NCBI RefSeq assembly: GCF_000012925.1
Contig: NC_007517.1
Coordinates: 900,001-932,000, forward strand
DNA length: 32,000 nucleotides
Direction: 5' to 3'
Source: Geobacter metallireducens GS-15
Lineage (GTDB): Bacteria; Desulfobacterota; Desulfuromonadia; Geobacterales; Geobacteraceae
Shown here: positions 31,902-32,000 of the stretch, one piece after another
Numbering within the stretch: position 1 is the first letter of the stretch
Layout: every line of letters starts with the position of its first letter
Position numbers and translations under genes: made by a program
The notes under the pieces: model-generated
Seen by the model: only the letters and a program-made list of their open reading frames with translations
Databases searched by the model: none
What the model was told of the DNA's origin: nothing

Positions 31902-32000
31902 GGATTCCGTCCTGTGGCCGGGGGAGAACCCTTGCCATGCAGAGTGCAACTCCCCTCACGTTTGAGGAGAAATCTAAATATATTTATATTGTTCCCGACC

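Noticed and set aside
1-32000. Scan for CRISPR arrays, rRNA/tRNA genes, IS elements, integrases and phage or defence-island hallmarks
   Set aside because: No regularly spaced direct repeats were found, and no cloverleaf-like GC-rich 75-nt segments in intergenic regions. There are no transposase or integrase-like ORFs or terminal inverted repeats. Composition is uniform apart from short promoter regions. A tRNAscan/Infernal run would be needed to exclude small RNAs formally.

Overview
GC-rich chromosomal segment with strong GC3 codon bias. Only a few short promoter-like intergenic stretches are AT-rich. The gene content looks Geobacter/Desulfuromonadales-like, but this is an inference from content because no search was possible. 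I can support about 31 protein-coding genes and found no rRNA, tRNA, CRISPR array, transposase or integrase. Most of the window is ordinary metabolism and signalling: 5'-truncated pyruvate carboxylase, a secreted nitroreductase-fold protein, metY, an MCP, a CDP-alcohol phosphatidyltransferase, an SDR epimerase, Qor-type oxidoreductase, a GH13 enzyme, bacteriohemerythrin, a lipoprotein-IorA-IorB-MocA molybdoenzyme operon, a PPP phosphatase plus membrane GGDEF cyclase, bioF-bioH-bioC with a BirA-type operator, rlmI and an ArsR regulator. The accessory part is about 10.06-17.36 kb. It starts with a four-gene ExtABCD-like porin-cytochrome outer-membrane electron conduit: a 12-heme periplasmic cytochrome, a beta-barrel, and 5-heme and 6-heme lipoprotein cytochromes. 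On the same strand, with no recognisable terminator, three uncharacterised genes follow: a PATAN(DUF4388)-Roadblock/LC7 fusion, a Roadblock/LC7 protein with an extra C-terminal domain, and a roughly 690-aa protein. In that last protein two homologous globular domains flank a roughly 300-aa Ala/Glu-rich repetitive coiled coil. No cognate MglA-type GTPase is visible. This module is my best candidate for an undescribed system, but its function and its link to the conduit are inference only. All hairpins, promoters and operators were called by eye and should be treated as hypotheses.
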